NCBI GenBank assembly: GCA_964016885.1
Contig: OZ024740.1
Coordinates: 347,076,001 to 347,140,000 of the forward strand
Length of the DNA stretch: 64,000 nucleotides
Origin: Eledone cirrhosa
Lineage: Eukaryota
Reading direction: 5' to 3'
Each line of letters starts with the position of its first letter. Positions within the stretch are counted from its first letter, which is position 1. A model generated the notes under the pieces. It was not told the origin of the DNA, made no database searches, and saw only the letters and a list, made by a program, of their open reading frames with translations. A program made the position numbers and the translations under genes. This document shows, one piece after another, positions 1-14,009 of this stretch.

Positions 1-649
1 ACACCTATACACACATGCACAATATACATTTATACACTTATACACACACGCGCACCCACATGCACACATTCGCTCATGTATATAAATATATATATATATA
101 TGTGTGTGTCTGTGTGTGTGTGTGTGTGTACGCTGATGTTTACAGACATTGATGTGCGCATGCATACATATGTTTAATATACCTATGTGTTCATACATAA
201 GCCGCAGAACGTGAGAGATTTGAACATTATTTTTAATTTAATTTTCTCAAACTGACTTCCATCATGCCATCATCCTATCAACTATTCTCTTAAGTGGTAC
301 ATCAAAATTATATTATATATAGAATAATGACAAAAAAAACGTTACTCAATTACGAATATATGTTCTTTGACTTTTTATGCTTTCTTATCTGTAATTTTAT
401 TTAAAAGTCATTTATTTCGTTTGAAATCTTTTAAAAGTAACAAATCCGATTTCTTCAGCACAACACACGTACCTACAGTTATCAAAATGCAATTATAGAA
501 ATAAAATTGTATATGACTATTTCGTTTTAAACAAAAGAAGTGAAATGGGAAATTTTATCCTACTGTTGTTACTTTCATCCTGTTATTTTATTTAACCCAT
601 ATAAAAGATATATTATAAGATTGAGGTATATTATATAATTATTGTGAAT

Positions 650-850
650 TGGCAGCGAATTGGCGGTGATTTGGCAGTATCGGTAGAGGGTCGGACGCCA
701 TGCTTTGACGCATCGAGTTACGACCCTTGCCATTCTGAGTTCAAATCCCGCCCAGGTTAACTTTGCCTTTCATCCTTACGGGGTCGATAAAATAAAGTAC
801 CAGTAATGTAATGGTTAATTGCTGGCCTTGCGTCAAAAGTAGAAACAATT
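650..850 (+). mobile_element. tRNA-derived SINE, MetaSINE-like, copy 1
   Basis: B-box GAGTTCAAATCC, then a Meta-domain-like GCCTTTCATCCTTACGGGGTCGATAAAATAAAGTACCAG and tail GGCCTTG..AAAAGTAGAAACAATTA; similar copies at 2141, 6339 and 45476. Confidence 0.85.
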
Positions 851-1329
851 ATATATTTATTGTTAATAGCAGTATTACAATGAGTAATATTTCTATTGCT
901 ATTATTTTTGTAGTAGTATTAGTAGTATTATTAGTAGTGGTGGTGGTGTGGGGGGGGGGGGGTTGCTGGTGGTAGTAGTATTGCGAATGCGTTAAATTGA
1001 TTCTCGTAATTCAAATAAATATTTACTCTGTTGCTATGTTTTCATAATAAATTAAATCCCGAACCATATTTTTACCAAGAGCCCAAAGAAACACATAAGT
1101 ACCACGTGTATCCATAAGCTCGTTTCTATTAAGCATCTCCCTTTCTTCAATCATGGGGCGTTCCAAGTACTAGTCCTATTCAAATCAACACTAATAATAC
1201 TTTCAAATCTGAATCCATGTTTGAACTCTGTATATCGGAAGATATTTCCTTGCGACCATACATAAATAAGAGATCATTCTAATCACCAAATTTACTATTT
1301 TGTTTTAGCATGTACCCCAAATCAGCACA

Positions 1330-1850
1330 TAAAATTAAATGTGAGACCAACCGATGTCATGGATGTTATTCAACCATCTTTCTCGGATCTCCCCCTGTAA
1401 AATTTGCTCAGAGATTCTTTCCTGAGACATTCTAACCCCATGACCATAGTATCTGAGTTATGATCACTCAGTTCAGAAAAGTAGCGGCTCTACCTGGACG
1501 AGCTCTCTGAAATGGAAGGAACACACTCTATCGAGTAACGTTACTCCGAGGACCCTTTGGAGGAACCGCATTTAGGCCACTTGCATTCACGATCGTATTC
1601 TTTCGATCATTACTTGAGATTCATATTATTGGATAAGGGTTGACACTAATATACGTTTGAAGATAGCGAGTTTGGTTTTTACGCCTATCTATTTTCTTCT
1701 CATTACCGAATGCTGAAGCTGGCGCCTTACTGCACAAATCCAGTAATTTTTGCCCTTAATTCAGTCTCCTGCCTTTCGTCACTTGTGAACATTGCCTCGA
1801 CATACTTGAACTCCTCCATCTGCTTCAATGAACTCCATTCACATGTTATT
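1330..1850 (-). mobile_element. Degenerate RTE-clade (Expander/Rex3-like) LINE 3' fragment
   Basis: Minus-strand translation LKQMEEFKYVEAMFTSDERQETEL...VMIERIRS*MQVA*MRFLQRVLGVTLLDRV; homologous to 41040-42010. Confidence 0.7.
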
Positions 1851-2140
1851 TCCTTCATAGGTTGACATTTATATATACATTTACACTATATATGCAACAA
1901 CAAATATTGCATCGCCTACGTATTGATTTCTTTTTCTTTTTGTACTCATGAATCCCGTTTTTATAACTACTGCTGTTAACTAGGAATAGGAGCTACATTC
2001 AAAACCCAAATATTTCAAATATACCTTTAATAATGCATTGATTTATACGAGGAGTAAAGTAAAATACATATTTCTATGAAGCGATAAATTCAAGTGATAA
2101 ATCCGTACGAAATACTTACAAAATTCGCTGGACTACCAAT

Positions 2141-2318
2141 AGTATCGGTAGAGGGTCAGACGCCATGCGTTGACGCATAGAGTTACGGCCCTTGCCATTC
2201 TGAGTTCAAATCACGCCGAGGTTAGCTTTGCCTTTCATCCTTACGGGGTCGATAAAATAAAGTACCAGTAATGCACTGAAATAATTGCTGGCCTTGTGCC
2301 AAAAGTAGAAACAATTAT
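2141..2318 (+). mobile_element. SINE copy 2, same family
   Basis: Close match to 650-850 including B-box and Meta-like core. Confidence 0.85.
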
Positions 2319-3619
2319 TTTTCGATGGTTGTTTATTAAAGTTTGAGGCATTTTATATTCAAACAGCTCTGAACATCTGTGTGTAAACATAAAATATGTT
2401 GAAATATTAGTGAGATTAAACAATAATATTACCGAGCGATTCCTCACTTATACATAAGTTTGGGAAATATGTATACCTTCTAGAAATTGCAAGGTTTGCA
2501 ATAAACAAAAAGAAATATGCTCTATTTACTCACAAAAGAACATTCGGATGGCTACAAAATATTTCAGGAAAACTAATCGAACTATTTGCAAACACTAATA
2601 GGGTAAACTCCTGACATACAGACTCATTCATACTCATTCATTTTAGATTTCTCTTTCTTTTGCATATTCTCGTTTGAATTAGCAACCTATAATCACCTTC
2701 ATTGAAGCTAGTACATGCATTCCTTTCTCTTTCCCCTGAAATTTCTTCGAGGTACTTAGATATATCGCCACTAAATTGCTGACTAGGATATCACTATCAG
2801 AGTGAGGATTGTTTAGTATATTTGACACTCCGTTTAAAAACAGTTTATTCTTCACATTTATAATCCATTTCCAATTTCTTTGGTTTATATTTGATAGTGC
2901 AACTTAAACACCAAATAGGTAAAGCAACAAAGCAATTTCGTGTAGTTAAGACCTTTTGTCTAGGGAAAAATATTTAAATGTATACACACATATGTGATTG
3001 TATGACGTTCCTGCCTTTATTTGCAATTTTATTATCAGCGTAATTAAAGTTTACCGGAAATCGAAACCGACGACGGATCCTCGTCTCCCCAGGACATTAC
3101 CTCTTGGTCTACAACACTCACCGCAGATTATTGTATTAATGACGATCCGCGTATTACTAAAGCCTGAAACCATGACCTGAAGTTGTTTTCATCACGGCTG
3201 TTATATTCAGGCTTGTAGGAGAAAATTGACTTCAAATTCGATGACAAAACCTAGAAAATTTCTCATTACCTATAGCAGGAGGTGGAGGAAATCAAACAAT
3301 GGAATAACTGAGCATATGTTATACGGCATGCCAGTCGGATAGATGGCACCTATGGTGTAACTGAGACACATATACAAAAATAATGTGAAAGAAGTTGGGG
3401 GAGAGAGTAGAAGAGGGAGTGGGGACTGGAGTGGAAAGGGACAGGAGACAAAGGTAGAAGAGAAGCAATGGAAATCAGAAAAAAGAGAGAGCGGGTTGGA
3501 GAAATAAAGTCAGAGACGATGTAATGGGAGATAATGTCAGAGAAATAGAGAGAGGATAGCGTAATTAAAAGCTATCACAGAGCTTATAGATTGTAGGCTT
3601 CCATGGCGTATTGGGAAGA

Positions 3620-4420
<801 letters not shown>

Positions 4421-5261
4421 GATACATACATGCTTGCAAACATACATATGCATACTTCGGCGCATTTACTAGTTAATGAAAGATTCATTCAACTATTCAA
4501 AATACGGCACCAGACTATCAGGTATAGTGATCAAGTTAAAGATTCGCTAACTAACCAATAGCTGCAGCAAATAGTTTTCATTATTAGGTAATATAATCAT
4601 TACAAGAGAATGCATGCCATCTTCTAGTAATGCAGCAAAATAATAGAAGAAACGCATATGTGTGGGGGGAAGGGTGTGTGTTTGAAAGGGGTGTGCGTGT
4701 GTGTGTGTGTGTGTGTATGTATGCAGTTTGAAAATTCGACGATACCGACGACGCATTTTTCCAGTTGTACGATCTGTCAAACAGCCTGCTCCTGATATTA
4801 ATGTGCAAGTGGTTGAGTATTCCAGAGACAGTTGTTGTCTTAACACTGAACTGAGGAAAATTCAGATTGACAGGCCTGAACATTTGAATTAGTTATACAA
4901 GTCATTTATTTTAGCTAAATGGCCTGGGGAAATGTTAAATTAAAGTCTGTTGTTAAAGGATAGAATTTGAAGTTCGGTTTCGCTGCTAAACTATTGACTT
5001 TACAATCGTTACGCCAGCAACTTAACTATTATACCACGCACTTTCACACATGTGCACCGACATGTATATATATATATATATATATATGTGTGCGTGTGTG
5101 TGTGTGTGGGTGTGGGTGTGTGGGTGTGTGTGTATGTGTGTGCATGTGTGTGTGTGTGTTTGTGTGTAAGTGTATGCATGTGTGTGTGTGTGTGCGTGCG
5201 TCTGTCTGCTACACCTGCACACACTCACTGGCACACAAACACATTATATATATATAGGAAA

Positions 5262-5359
5262 TCAGCTGTCGGGGTCGTGACTCTTTTCCTATTACCCACT
5301 CTACTACCGTAACTATCGAGTAGTCTGGTGCGTTATGGTCCACCTGGTTCCTTACCACA
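5262..5359 (+). repeat. Interspersed repeat family Y fragment, probable PLE pLTR
   Basis: Reverse-complement match to 18755-18850 and similarity to 20391-20490; next to (TA)n. Confidence 0.6.
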
Positions 5360-5420
5360 CTTAATTGATATCAATGAAACAAGAAGGCCGGATCAATAAT
5401 ATTTGATAACGTTACAAATC

Positions 5421-5496
5421 CACGATAATATTTCTATGGTCGAGAGACTCACTTCATAAGGTCATGACGCAAGACATATGGTGACGTCTTCAGATG
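5421..5496 (-). ncRNA. Degenerate type I hammerhead-like motif
   Basis: Minus strand CAT-CTGAAGA-[~52 nt]-GAAA-TATTA-TC-GTG; stem II base poorly paired. Confidence 0.4.
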
Positions 5497-6338
5497 TAAG
5501 TAATATAAAAATATAAAGGTTAAGTAATCAATTACTGGATTACGGCAAAGCATAAACAAAAAATTGATACGGAGGCGGCGGTCTATTGATCAATATAACC
5601 TCAACGTCAGACGACCGCACTATGTCATACACATATGGGTCGTAGATGTTAACTAGGATGGGATATTTGACAGTGAGAAATTCCGGCCACTTTTAGTGCC
5701 ACTCAGAGCCAATTGTTTGATGTATATTACAAGCTCTCGGAGCGCAAAAATAGTCTGTGATGGCCGTGCTAGTCACTGGCCAAAAGCCAGCGTAGCATGA
5801 CGGTTAATCTCATAATGAATATCAAAATTAAATGTGCAAAACGTTATAAAATCTATAGAGTTTACAAATATAATAAAAATGAGGTAAACAGTGGCAAATA
5901 TTTGAAATCATAACAATAACGGGTAAATAAATCTATAAAAATGGAAAAAAAAATATTTTATAGGTAAGTGATTAATAACTAGTTAAAACACCTATTCATG
6001 TGTACATTTATGGGTTTATTATGTTTAATTTTACGCTGAAAATATTCAATGGCGTGGTCATCATTCTCTATACCCGATGTCCAAGACAAGGTTCGTGCCT
6101 CCGAATCTATTGGATATATCAAAATTTAGGAAAATGTTCTTGAACATTATGTTTCATTTATTCTAAGCACTCCAGATAGAAAAGCAAATTATGACGTCCT
6201 AATATGTAACTCTGGAAACAGCTAAGTGGTCGGTCCATCAATCAACGCACTCTAGATATCATGATACACTTAATCTTGTGTGTTTCTCCTCCCTGCGTCA
6301 CGTTTTGCTAATGGGAATAACAAGTTATAATTATGTAT

Positions 6339-6514
6339 TGGTAGTATCTGTAGAGGGTCGGACGTCATGCTTTGCAGCAAAGAGTTACGGCCCTTTATAG
6401 TCTGATTTCAAATCCCGCCGAGGTTAACTTTACCTTTCATCCTACGGGGTCGATAAAATAAAGTACCAGTAATACACTGAGATATTTTCTGGCCTTGTGC
6501 CAAAAGTAGAAACA
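6339..6514 (+). mobile_element. SINE copy 3 with 12-bp TSD
   Basis: Same family; ATAATTATGTAT at 6327-6338 and 6515-6526. Confidence 0.9.
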
Positions 6515-7099
6515 ATAATTATGTATGTATATAAAAACGTTTATGATCTAGGGGAGATAATCTTGGTGGATTTTTTTTTTTTTTCAAAATAACGAAACAT
6601 TTGATATTTGTCTGCAAAAGAACGTATGTGCGAAATTGAATTTTCATTCGATATTCAGTAAATTGTCCTGACAATTGTTGTAGAATCTATCAGATGGGTA
6701 CATGTTGAAGTATTCTGCTGTGTAATGGGTATCTTCTTACGTGTACGCCAGGAGTGAATGAAGATTATAGTGCAGTGCGGGAATGATTTCTGCATTTTTT
6801 CTTCCACTCTAGACTTTCGCCTGACCACTGTACATTTCCTAGAGTTAATTGTAGAATAACGTATAAAGACCTTCTATAAACCCGAATGGCAGGTTGTTCT
6901 ACATAAACGTTGGATTCTGTCATCCCTCAATAGTGTTCAATATTCTAGTCAAAATGTATGAGAATTTCCAGCTTCTTATCTCGCAGAGATACATATATCA
7001 AAGCAGCCCACCTCAGCAAAGGCAGCAGTGACAGTCAAGACTGCGAGTTTGCTTCCAAGATATTATGGATTGTCTTCTCTGTTTCTAAATTATACATTT

Positions 7100-7600
7100 A
7101 TTACCCGATAGAGGCATAATTGTTTTCCACAACAGATTAGAAGGCAGACTTCTCAACAATGTTTCAGAGCAAACACAAACGTTTTCAAAGTCTTGTTGAC
7201 GCAGTAATTGCAGCCCAGCATATGTGATAACTTCAGAAATAAATGGAGCACTTTATCCAGACCTTCGAAGACTTTGAAGTGACTATCAGCTTAAGGACGT
7301 CGATCAACGTATGACATGATACTGATGTTCAACCAGACATGATCATTAACATCTACTAGAGGGTGTTGTACGCCAGTTAGTCTGTATCGTGTCAACCATG
7401 TATCATTACATCTCCTTGGACACATACGTCAACAAGAAGATTGAAAAAGCAACAGAAGAGTGTAGAATACGACCGGTCAGTTGCAGTTCTTAACAGTTGT
7501 CAATGCACTGATGTACAAAGATTAAGATCGGAACATGCATTCCTAGAGGAAAATCTCAATTCCATCCACGAGAGATATTCGTCGAATTAGAGGGATTCAA
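7100..7600 (+). pseudogene. Possible highly decayed REL-endonuclease non-LTR (HERO-like) 3' remnant
   Basis: Scattered peptides DVQPDMII, IITSPWT and IKIGTC echo the PD..ELTVPW..EVG order; many disruptions. Confidence 0.25.
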
Positions 7601-7831
7601 ATAACTACATACAGTCAAATAACTACATACCTTAAAACATTTCAAGTCATCATCATAGAACTGACATATACAAACACGACGCTTGCATTAATAACATAAC
7701 AGCATCAGATACACCAAAGGAAAATCAATTGCCAATATTAGATATACAAAAAAGGTACTCGCACAAATTAACCCCACAGCTACAACAGAAATATAAAGTG
7801 CTGCAACAAACAACTATCCAAACATATATAT

Positions 7832-7975
7832 ATAATACAAGGACGATTTGTTAAGCCTTCATTACGTTTATTGATTGGTAACGCGCATTTCGCTATCAAG
7901 CACCTCAAGATTCGATATGTATCAATCTTGCCCGACTCTGGAATCGAAAGCTCGTCGGACCTCTGCTGCTGTAAT
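7832..7975 (-). mobile_element. Solo pLTR-like fragment, family X, with HHR-like fold at 7877-7961
   Basis: Minus strand GGT-CCGACGA-GCT..long stem II..AGC-GAAA-TGCGCG-TT-ACC then AATAAA; homologous to 44390-44703 and 26340-26450. Confidence 0.7.
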
Positions 7976-8504
7976 GCCGAAAAAAGAAGTAAGTGACATA
8001 GTCACTACTTTAAAAATAATAGCGCAAGGTCTTCAAAATGTTTTTAATTAAACATACAGTATGTTGCCAAATATACTATACATACATTCATATATATATA
8101 TATTTTGTATCCATATAAATTTGCACTATATATATACATATATATATTGATATGGTTGTGTGTATGGGGAGAGAGAGCTGAATATGGACATACCTACTCC
8201 TAAAGTTTGATTAGTGGAATATTATGTTACGCTACATGCAAAATGGAATAAATTGACTAAATGGTGACACTAATATTGGAAAAAGTCATACGAAATTGAC
8301 TTTCGTATCATCATTCTTTGATAAATTCATACATGTTCGTCTCGTCATTTCATTATAGAATATTCTTCAGTAAAAAAAAAAAGAACATTTGAATGTTAGT
8401 ATCACATTTTATTACCCCTATCACATCAAAGTTCCCTCGTGGGCATATTGCTATAATACAAGTTTACTAGAAACCAAGTAATTAATTAACTTCTCCTGAT
8501 TCTA

Positions 8505-9045
<541 letters not shown>

Positions 9046-9919
9046 TCTTTAAAGCGATGAAATACCTATGATAGTTGGAAGATCACTGATGAAGGACAAA
9101 CTTTTTTCATATGTAACCCATTTGCAACTCCGCAGCGCCCTTATTATCATATATATATATATACATATATATATATTTATATATATATATATATTTATAT
9201 ATGTATATAACAATGGAAGTGAGCAAAATCGAAGTTGCAGCATCGGCTAGCATCTCTCGAAAGAACAATCCTCGGAAGCTTTGCACGAAGAACTCAGGTT
9301 TTTCTATGAGTTAAAAGACACAAGTACCACCACTACAAATGCAACTACTATGACTACATCCCTCTCTATATGTATATAGGGTTCCATTTTAGACCCAGAA
9401 TTCTTCTCAACAAGAAAGATGAACAGACCTTTTCAACACTTAATTTAAAATTTCTAAAACTTAATTCGTTTTAATTGTAAGATTCAATATTTGATCAGAT
9501 GGATTACACTGACATCGAAACCGGTTATTTTTATATATTTAATAAACATTTTATGTATATTATATACAATTTATTTTTAATTGTTTCTCTCATTATTTTC
9601 AATAATGTCACTATGACGGATCAAAAAGAAAAAAAAACAAACAAATCCTTTAAATATATTTTCCATGTTATTTCCAATTCCACTTTTTCTCTATAACCTC
9701 TGTTTTGTATAGTACCTTACTTCCTTTTCGTATATATATATATATATACGAAAAGGGAGTAAGTTTCTAAAGAAAACAGAGATTATAGAGAAACAGTTCT
9801 AGTAGTGTAGAAGCCATTTCTATATTAAATATATATATATATATATAGAAAAAGAGATGAAATCGAAAATGCAACTGGAGTCTTATTTTTTTTTTTAAAT
9901 ATATATATTTATTTGGTTC

Positions 9920-9955
9920 CTTTACCGGTTTCGCAGTTCTTCTGCTTTTCAAAAG
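9920..9955 (-). ncRNA. Minimal type I HHR, U3-A8 variant, inverted pLTR copy
   Basis: Reverse complement of 10190-10225. Confidence 0.75.
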
Positions 9956-10189
9956 TAGAGTTGAGATGGAGGGTCTGTGGTTTTTCTCACATCTGGTTGG
10001 TCTCTGAATGTTACTTGTTTTATATGGAAAAAGTGGCTCGCAATGCCAGGTTTTTCGAGAAGTAATTTGATTGGTTGGTCAATAATTATGATAAATTTCG
10101 CGCCAGTTCGCGTTACAATAGTTCTTCAAATAAGAAGGGGGGGGGGGGGGTGTCACAGGTTGCTTTTTCAACCCTCCATCTCAACTCTA

Positions 10190-10225
10190 CTTTTGAAAAG
10201 CAGAAGAACTGCGAAACCGGTAAAG
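10190..10225 (+). ncRNA. Minimal type I HHR, U3-A8 variant, 5' pLTR copy
   Basis: CTT-TTGAAAA-GCAG-aagaa-CTGC-GAAA-CCGG-TA-AAG. Confidence 0.75.
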
Positions 10226-10389
10226 GAACCAAATAAATATATATATTTTTTTTAAATAAGACTACAGTTGCATTTTCGATTTCATCTCTTTTTCTTTATA
10301 CTTTCACTCGTGTAGGACACCTCGGTTATTTTTCAATTTGTAAAAAAAACCTCACTTTCTAATATATACCCACCACACGAAGACCGAAA

Positions 10390-11591
10390 ATGCCATCAAA
10401 GTCTCAACAAAACAACAACTCACTGAACCAGGACATCTTAAATGAACTCAAAGAGATTTCCTCTAAACTCTCAATTTTGACCAACAAAGTGGACCAAATA
10501 CACATCTATAAAAAAGGACCCCACGAAGAAACAGAAAATACCCAAGAGACGAATATTACTCCAGTATTAACTAAGCTAAGCGAAACCATTGAAACAGCAA
10601 TGCTCCAAAAGCTGGAACAACCGTTAGAACCCAATCTACGAGATGTTCACTCAGTGAAAAACACCCTAATCAATATATGGACTCAAAAGCTCACAGCCCG
10701 CAAATTTGCCCTTTGGAATCTCCTAAAAAATAATGGCAAGGCAGACATATATGAAAAGTGGCTAAACTCTACCCCAATCATCCTCCCCAAAAAACTCCAA
10801 ATAAAACCCATCCCGAATGAACCAGAAAACCAATAAAGACTTAGGGAAAAGATGGCGTTGGAAAAATTTAAACAGAAATAGAACTGTTGCGATTAAGAGC
10901 CAACTCCAACGAAGAAAAATTCAAGTCACTCGACCAACAGATGGACACAGAAATCTCAAAACACTCTGAAGGACTACTCAACAAAAAAACTCTAAAACTT
11001 TGGAAAGAAAACTGTGAGGATGAAGAACTAACATCCCTCCAGCGATGGGAAAAAAACGCCACCTGGTTCAACAACTACGAAATGGACTTCAAAAATGAAC
11101 AACATACAGGTAACCCATTTTTAAAACAAACTAAAACTCACACACCACATGCACAACAAATAACAAAAAAAGTAACAAAACGTCCAACATACCCCCAGCA
11201 AAACTATAACGATAATCCCAGAAACCATAGACAAAACTATAACCCTACTAACAAAAACCAAAGATCCCCGAACACAAGGCAGGACCTGATCCGCAGATCA
11301 CAACCCACACAAAACCTATTCCAAGACCGTAGACCCCTGCCCACACAGAGCCTGTTCCAACACCGTAGATCCCAACCCACACAAAGGAACAAAATCTACA
11401 ACCCGGACTATCAACAAACCGAACCTCAATACGTCCGAAACTTCTATACAAGACCACACAACAACAGGGGATATACCATTAGATATAATAATACCATTGA
11501 AAAAACATTCCAGAAAAATCATTTTTTAGACCAAGGCTACAGGACTCACGACACCCGGTGGCACAAACCGATTTTGAAAAACCGAAAATAA
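10390..11591 (+). pseudogene. ORF1 of PLE A, ~400 codons, unknown helical/coiled-coil-like protein with N/Q/R-rich C-terminus
   Basis: ATG 10390 just after the 5' pLTR; ORFs 10390-10836 and 10887-11591 join across one TAA and one frameshift; heptad-like LNELKEISSKLSILTNKVDQI; 36-bp repeats RRSQPTQ.. Confidence 0.75.
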
Positions 11592-13827
11592 TTAACCTTT
11601 CAAATACAAACCTCTCAGCCCAACAAGTAAAAATTCTCTCCAAAGGACTGAAATTCACACCAACACCACAATACTCTAACCCCAATTAGATAAATGACGA
11701 TATCTCACACTTCTTTAGAAAATTTCGTCTCACAGAGGAATTCTTTGACAAGGAGAATAACGACGAATCAATTGTACGGAATAAAAGCAGCTACAACCCA
11801 ACAAAAGGTAGAAACAGAGTTCTGGACAAATTTTGTGACCACATAGCTACCTTCCCATACCATGAACTACCGCAACCTAAACCCAAACCCAACATGAGTC
11901 GAAGAGAATGGCAGATTATCCATGAACTAAAAAACAATACGGACATTATAATTAAGGAAGCGGACAAGGGGAGTACTGTTGTCATTATGGAGGCTGAAAA
12001 ATATAAAAATTCTATGTTCTCTCTCTTACAAAATACTAATTACTATGAAAGAGTAAAAAACTACCAGCAATCAAAAATAATTACCAGATTAAACACACTG
12101 ATTTATCGATACCAGGAAGTCCTAACTAAAAAGTAACGCGATTATTTAACAAATTTTGAATACAAAACCAGCAACCATTACGGACTTCCGAAGATCCACA
12201 AGTGTAAAATAATCAACGATGCCTGTAAACAATCCACCTCAGCCTGCGTGAACACACAATACCCCCCACAGACCTTAAATTAAGACCAATTGTAGTGGGC
12301 CCACAATGTGAAACACACAGACTGAGCAACTTTATAGACATACTACTGAAACCAATTCTCAAACACATACTAAGCCTTGTAAGAGACGATCTGGACCTCT
12401 TAAACCACCACCCCAAACATGTCAACAACGACACTATTATTGTGTCTTTCGATGTAGTGAATCTCTACACAACGATCCCACACCAATACGGACTAGAAGC
12501 AATAGGATTCTGGCTAGAGAAATATCCCAATGAGATACCTGACAGAATAGAAAAAAGCTTCATCATCGAGGGATTAAAATTCATCTTACAGAACAACTTT
12601 TTTGATTTCGATGGCAATACTTACAAGCAAATATCGAGGACTGCGATGGGTACAAAAGCCGCTCCAACTTATGCCAACTTAGTCATGGCATACTTAGAAG
12701 TCCAGATATATGAACAGTCGAAATCAAAATACGGATTGAACTTCCACAAATATTTATCAGAGAATTGGAAACGCTACTTGGATGATTGTCTCATTCTTTG
12801 GTCCCACACACTCGACCAACTGAAGGATTTCAAAAACTTAATAACGGCATCATTAACCACATCCAATTCACAATGGAATACAGCCAAGATCAACTCCCAT
12901 TTCTGGACATCTTAATCTTAAAAAAAGACACAAATATCGAAACTGACATACACTACAAACCAACAGATTCCAAACAATATCTGCTATTCACCTCCAACCA
13001 TCCAAAGCACACGAAGACGAACAATCCTTTTGACCTAGCAAGAAGAATTTGCACAATTGTCTCCAATTATGAAACGCGAAATAAAAGACTTCAAGGATTA
13101 CAGGAAATTCTACTCGAGAGAGTACCCACTATTACTAATAAATAATGGAATAGAAAGGGCTAAAGCAATAGGCATTGATGAATTACGGAAACAGAAACAA
13201 ATTCAAGGTTCGTCCTATATTCTATCATATATCTCAACACACATCCCAAGAAATGCGGAAGCTTACAACACTATTCACAAGAACATCCCACTACTAAAAC
13301 AAAACCCAAGAATGAAAAAAGCCCTTGAATCACACAAAATAATCAAAAGCAAAAGACAACCAAAATCACTGAAAACATTACTCACCAATACCAAATTACC
13401 TACCACAAACCCACAGTCAAGTATCAAAAAATGTGGTCGCTCTAATTGTGGAACCTGCACTCACCTCATTGAAAGCAACACGTATACATTTAAATCAGGA
13501 CAAAATTATACTGTAAAACAGCACTTCACTTGTTCATCAAAAAATCTACTTTATGCCATTAAATGTAAAGGATGCAATGAAGATTATATAGGACAAACTA
13601 AACTCACACTCACAAACAGAATGACAGTTCATCGCCAACAATTACGAGATCCAACCACGAGACAGATACCACTAAGTGCACATCTAGACATTTGCGCAAG
13701 TAATAAGACACCCAAATTCCAAGTCTTCCCATTTTACCTTTGCGCTAACAATACAACACAACAATTACGAATAAATAAGGAAAATATTTTTATTCAAAAA
13801 TATAGACCAGCATTAAATATGGTTTAA
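11522..13827 (+). pseudogene. PLE reverse transcriptase plus GIY-YIG endonuclease, disrupted
   Basis: IINLS..LSKGLKFTPTP, IKEADKGSTVVIM, YGLPKIHK, SFDVVNLYT, TAMGT, RYLDD, PFLD, HYKPTD, CGRSNCGTC, NLLYAIKCKGCNEDYIGQT; stops at 11687 and 12134 plus several frameshifts. Confidence 0.95.
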
Positions 13828-14009
13828 TATACATTATGTCAACACCATAATATGACATACACACACATAACACCTTCTACTTTAGAAAATAAAAACCCGA
13901 ACTAAATAAACCTTAACATACGTTTGCACTGACAATACAACAGAACAAATACGAATAAGTAAGGAAAATATGTTCATTCAAAAATATTCCTACTAAAGGA
14001 ATCATTTTC

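Noticed and set aside
650-760. tRNA gene
   Set aside because: B-box is present but there is no cloverleaf; it is the head of a multicopy SINE
2700-3200. Possible old RT fragment on the minus strand (LNYADN)
   Set aside because: One weak motif only; cannot be supported without a profile search
9486-9531. HHR-like TTGATCA-GATG..CATC-GAAA-CCGG-TT
   Set aside because: Stem II and the stem III palindrome fit, but core positions 3 and 8 are U and C, which do not pair; single decayed copy
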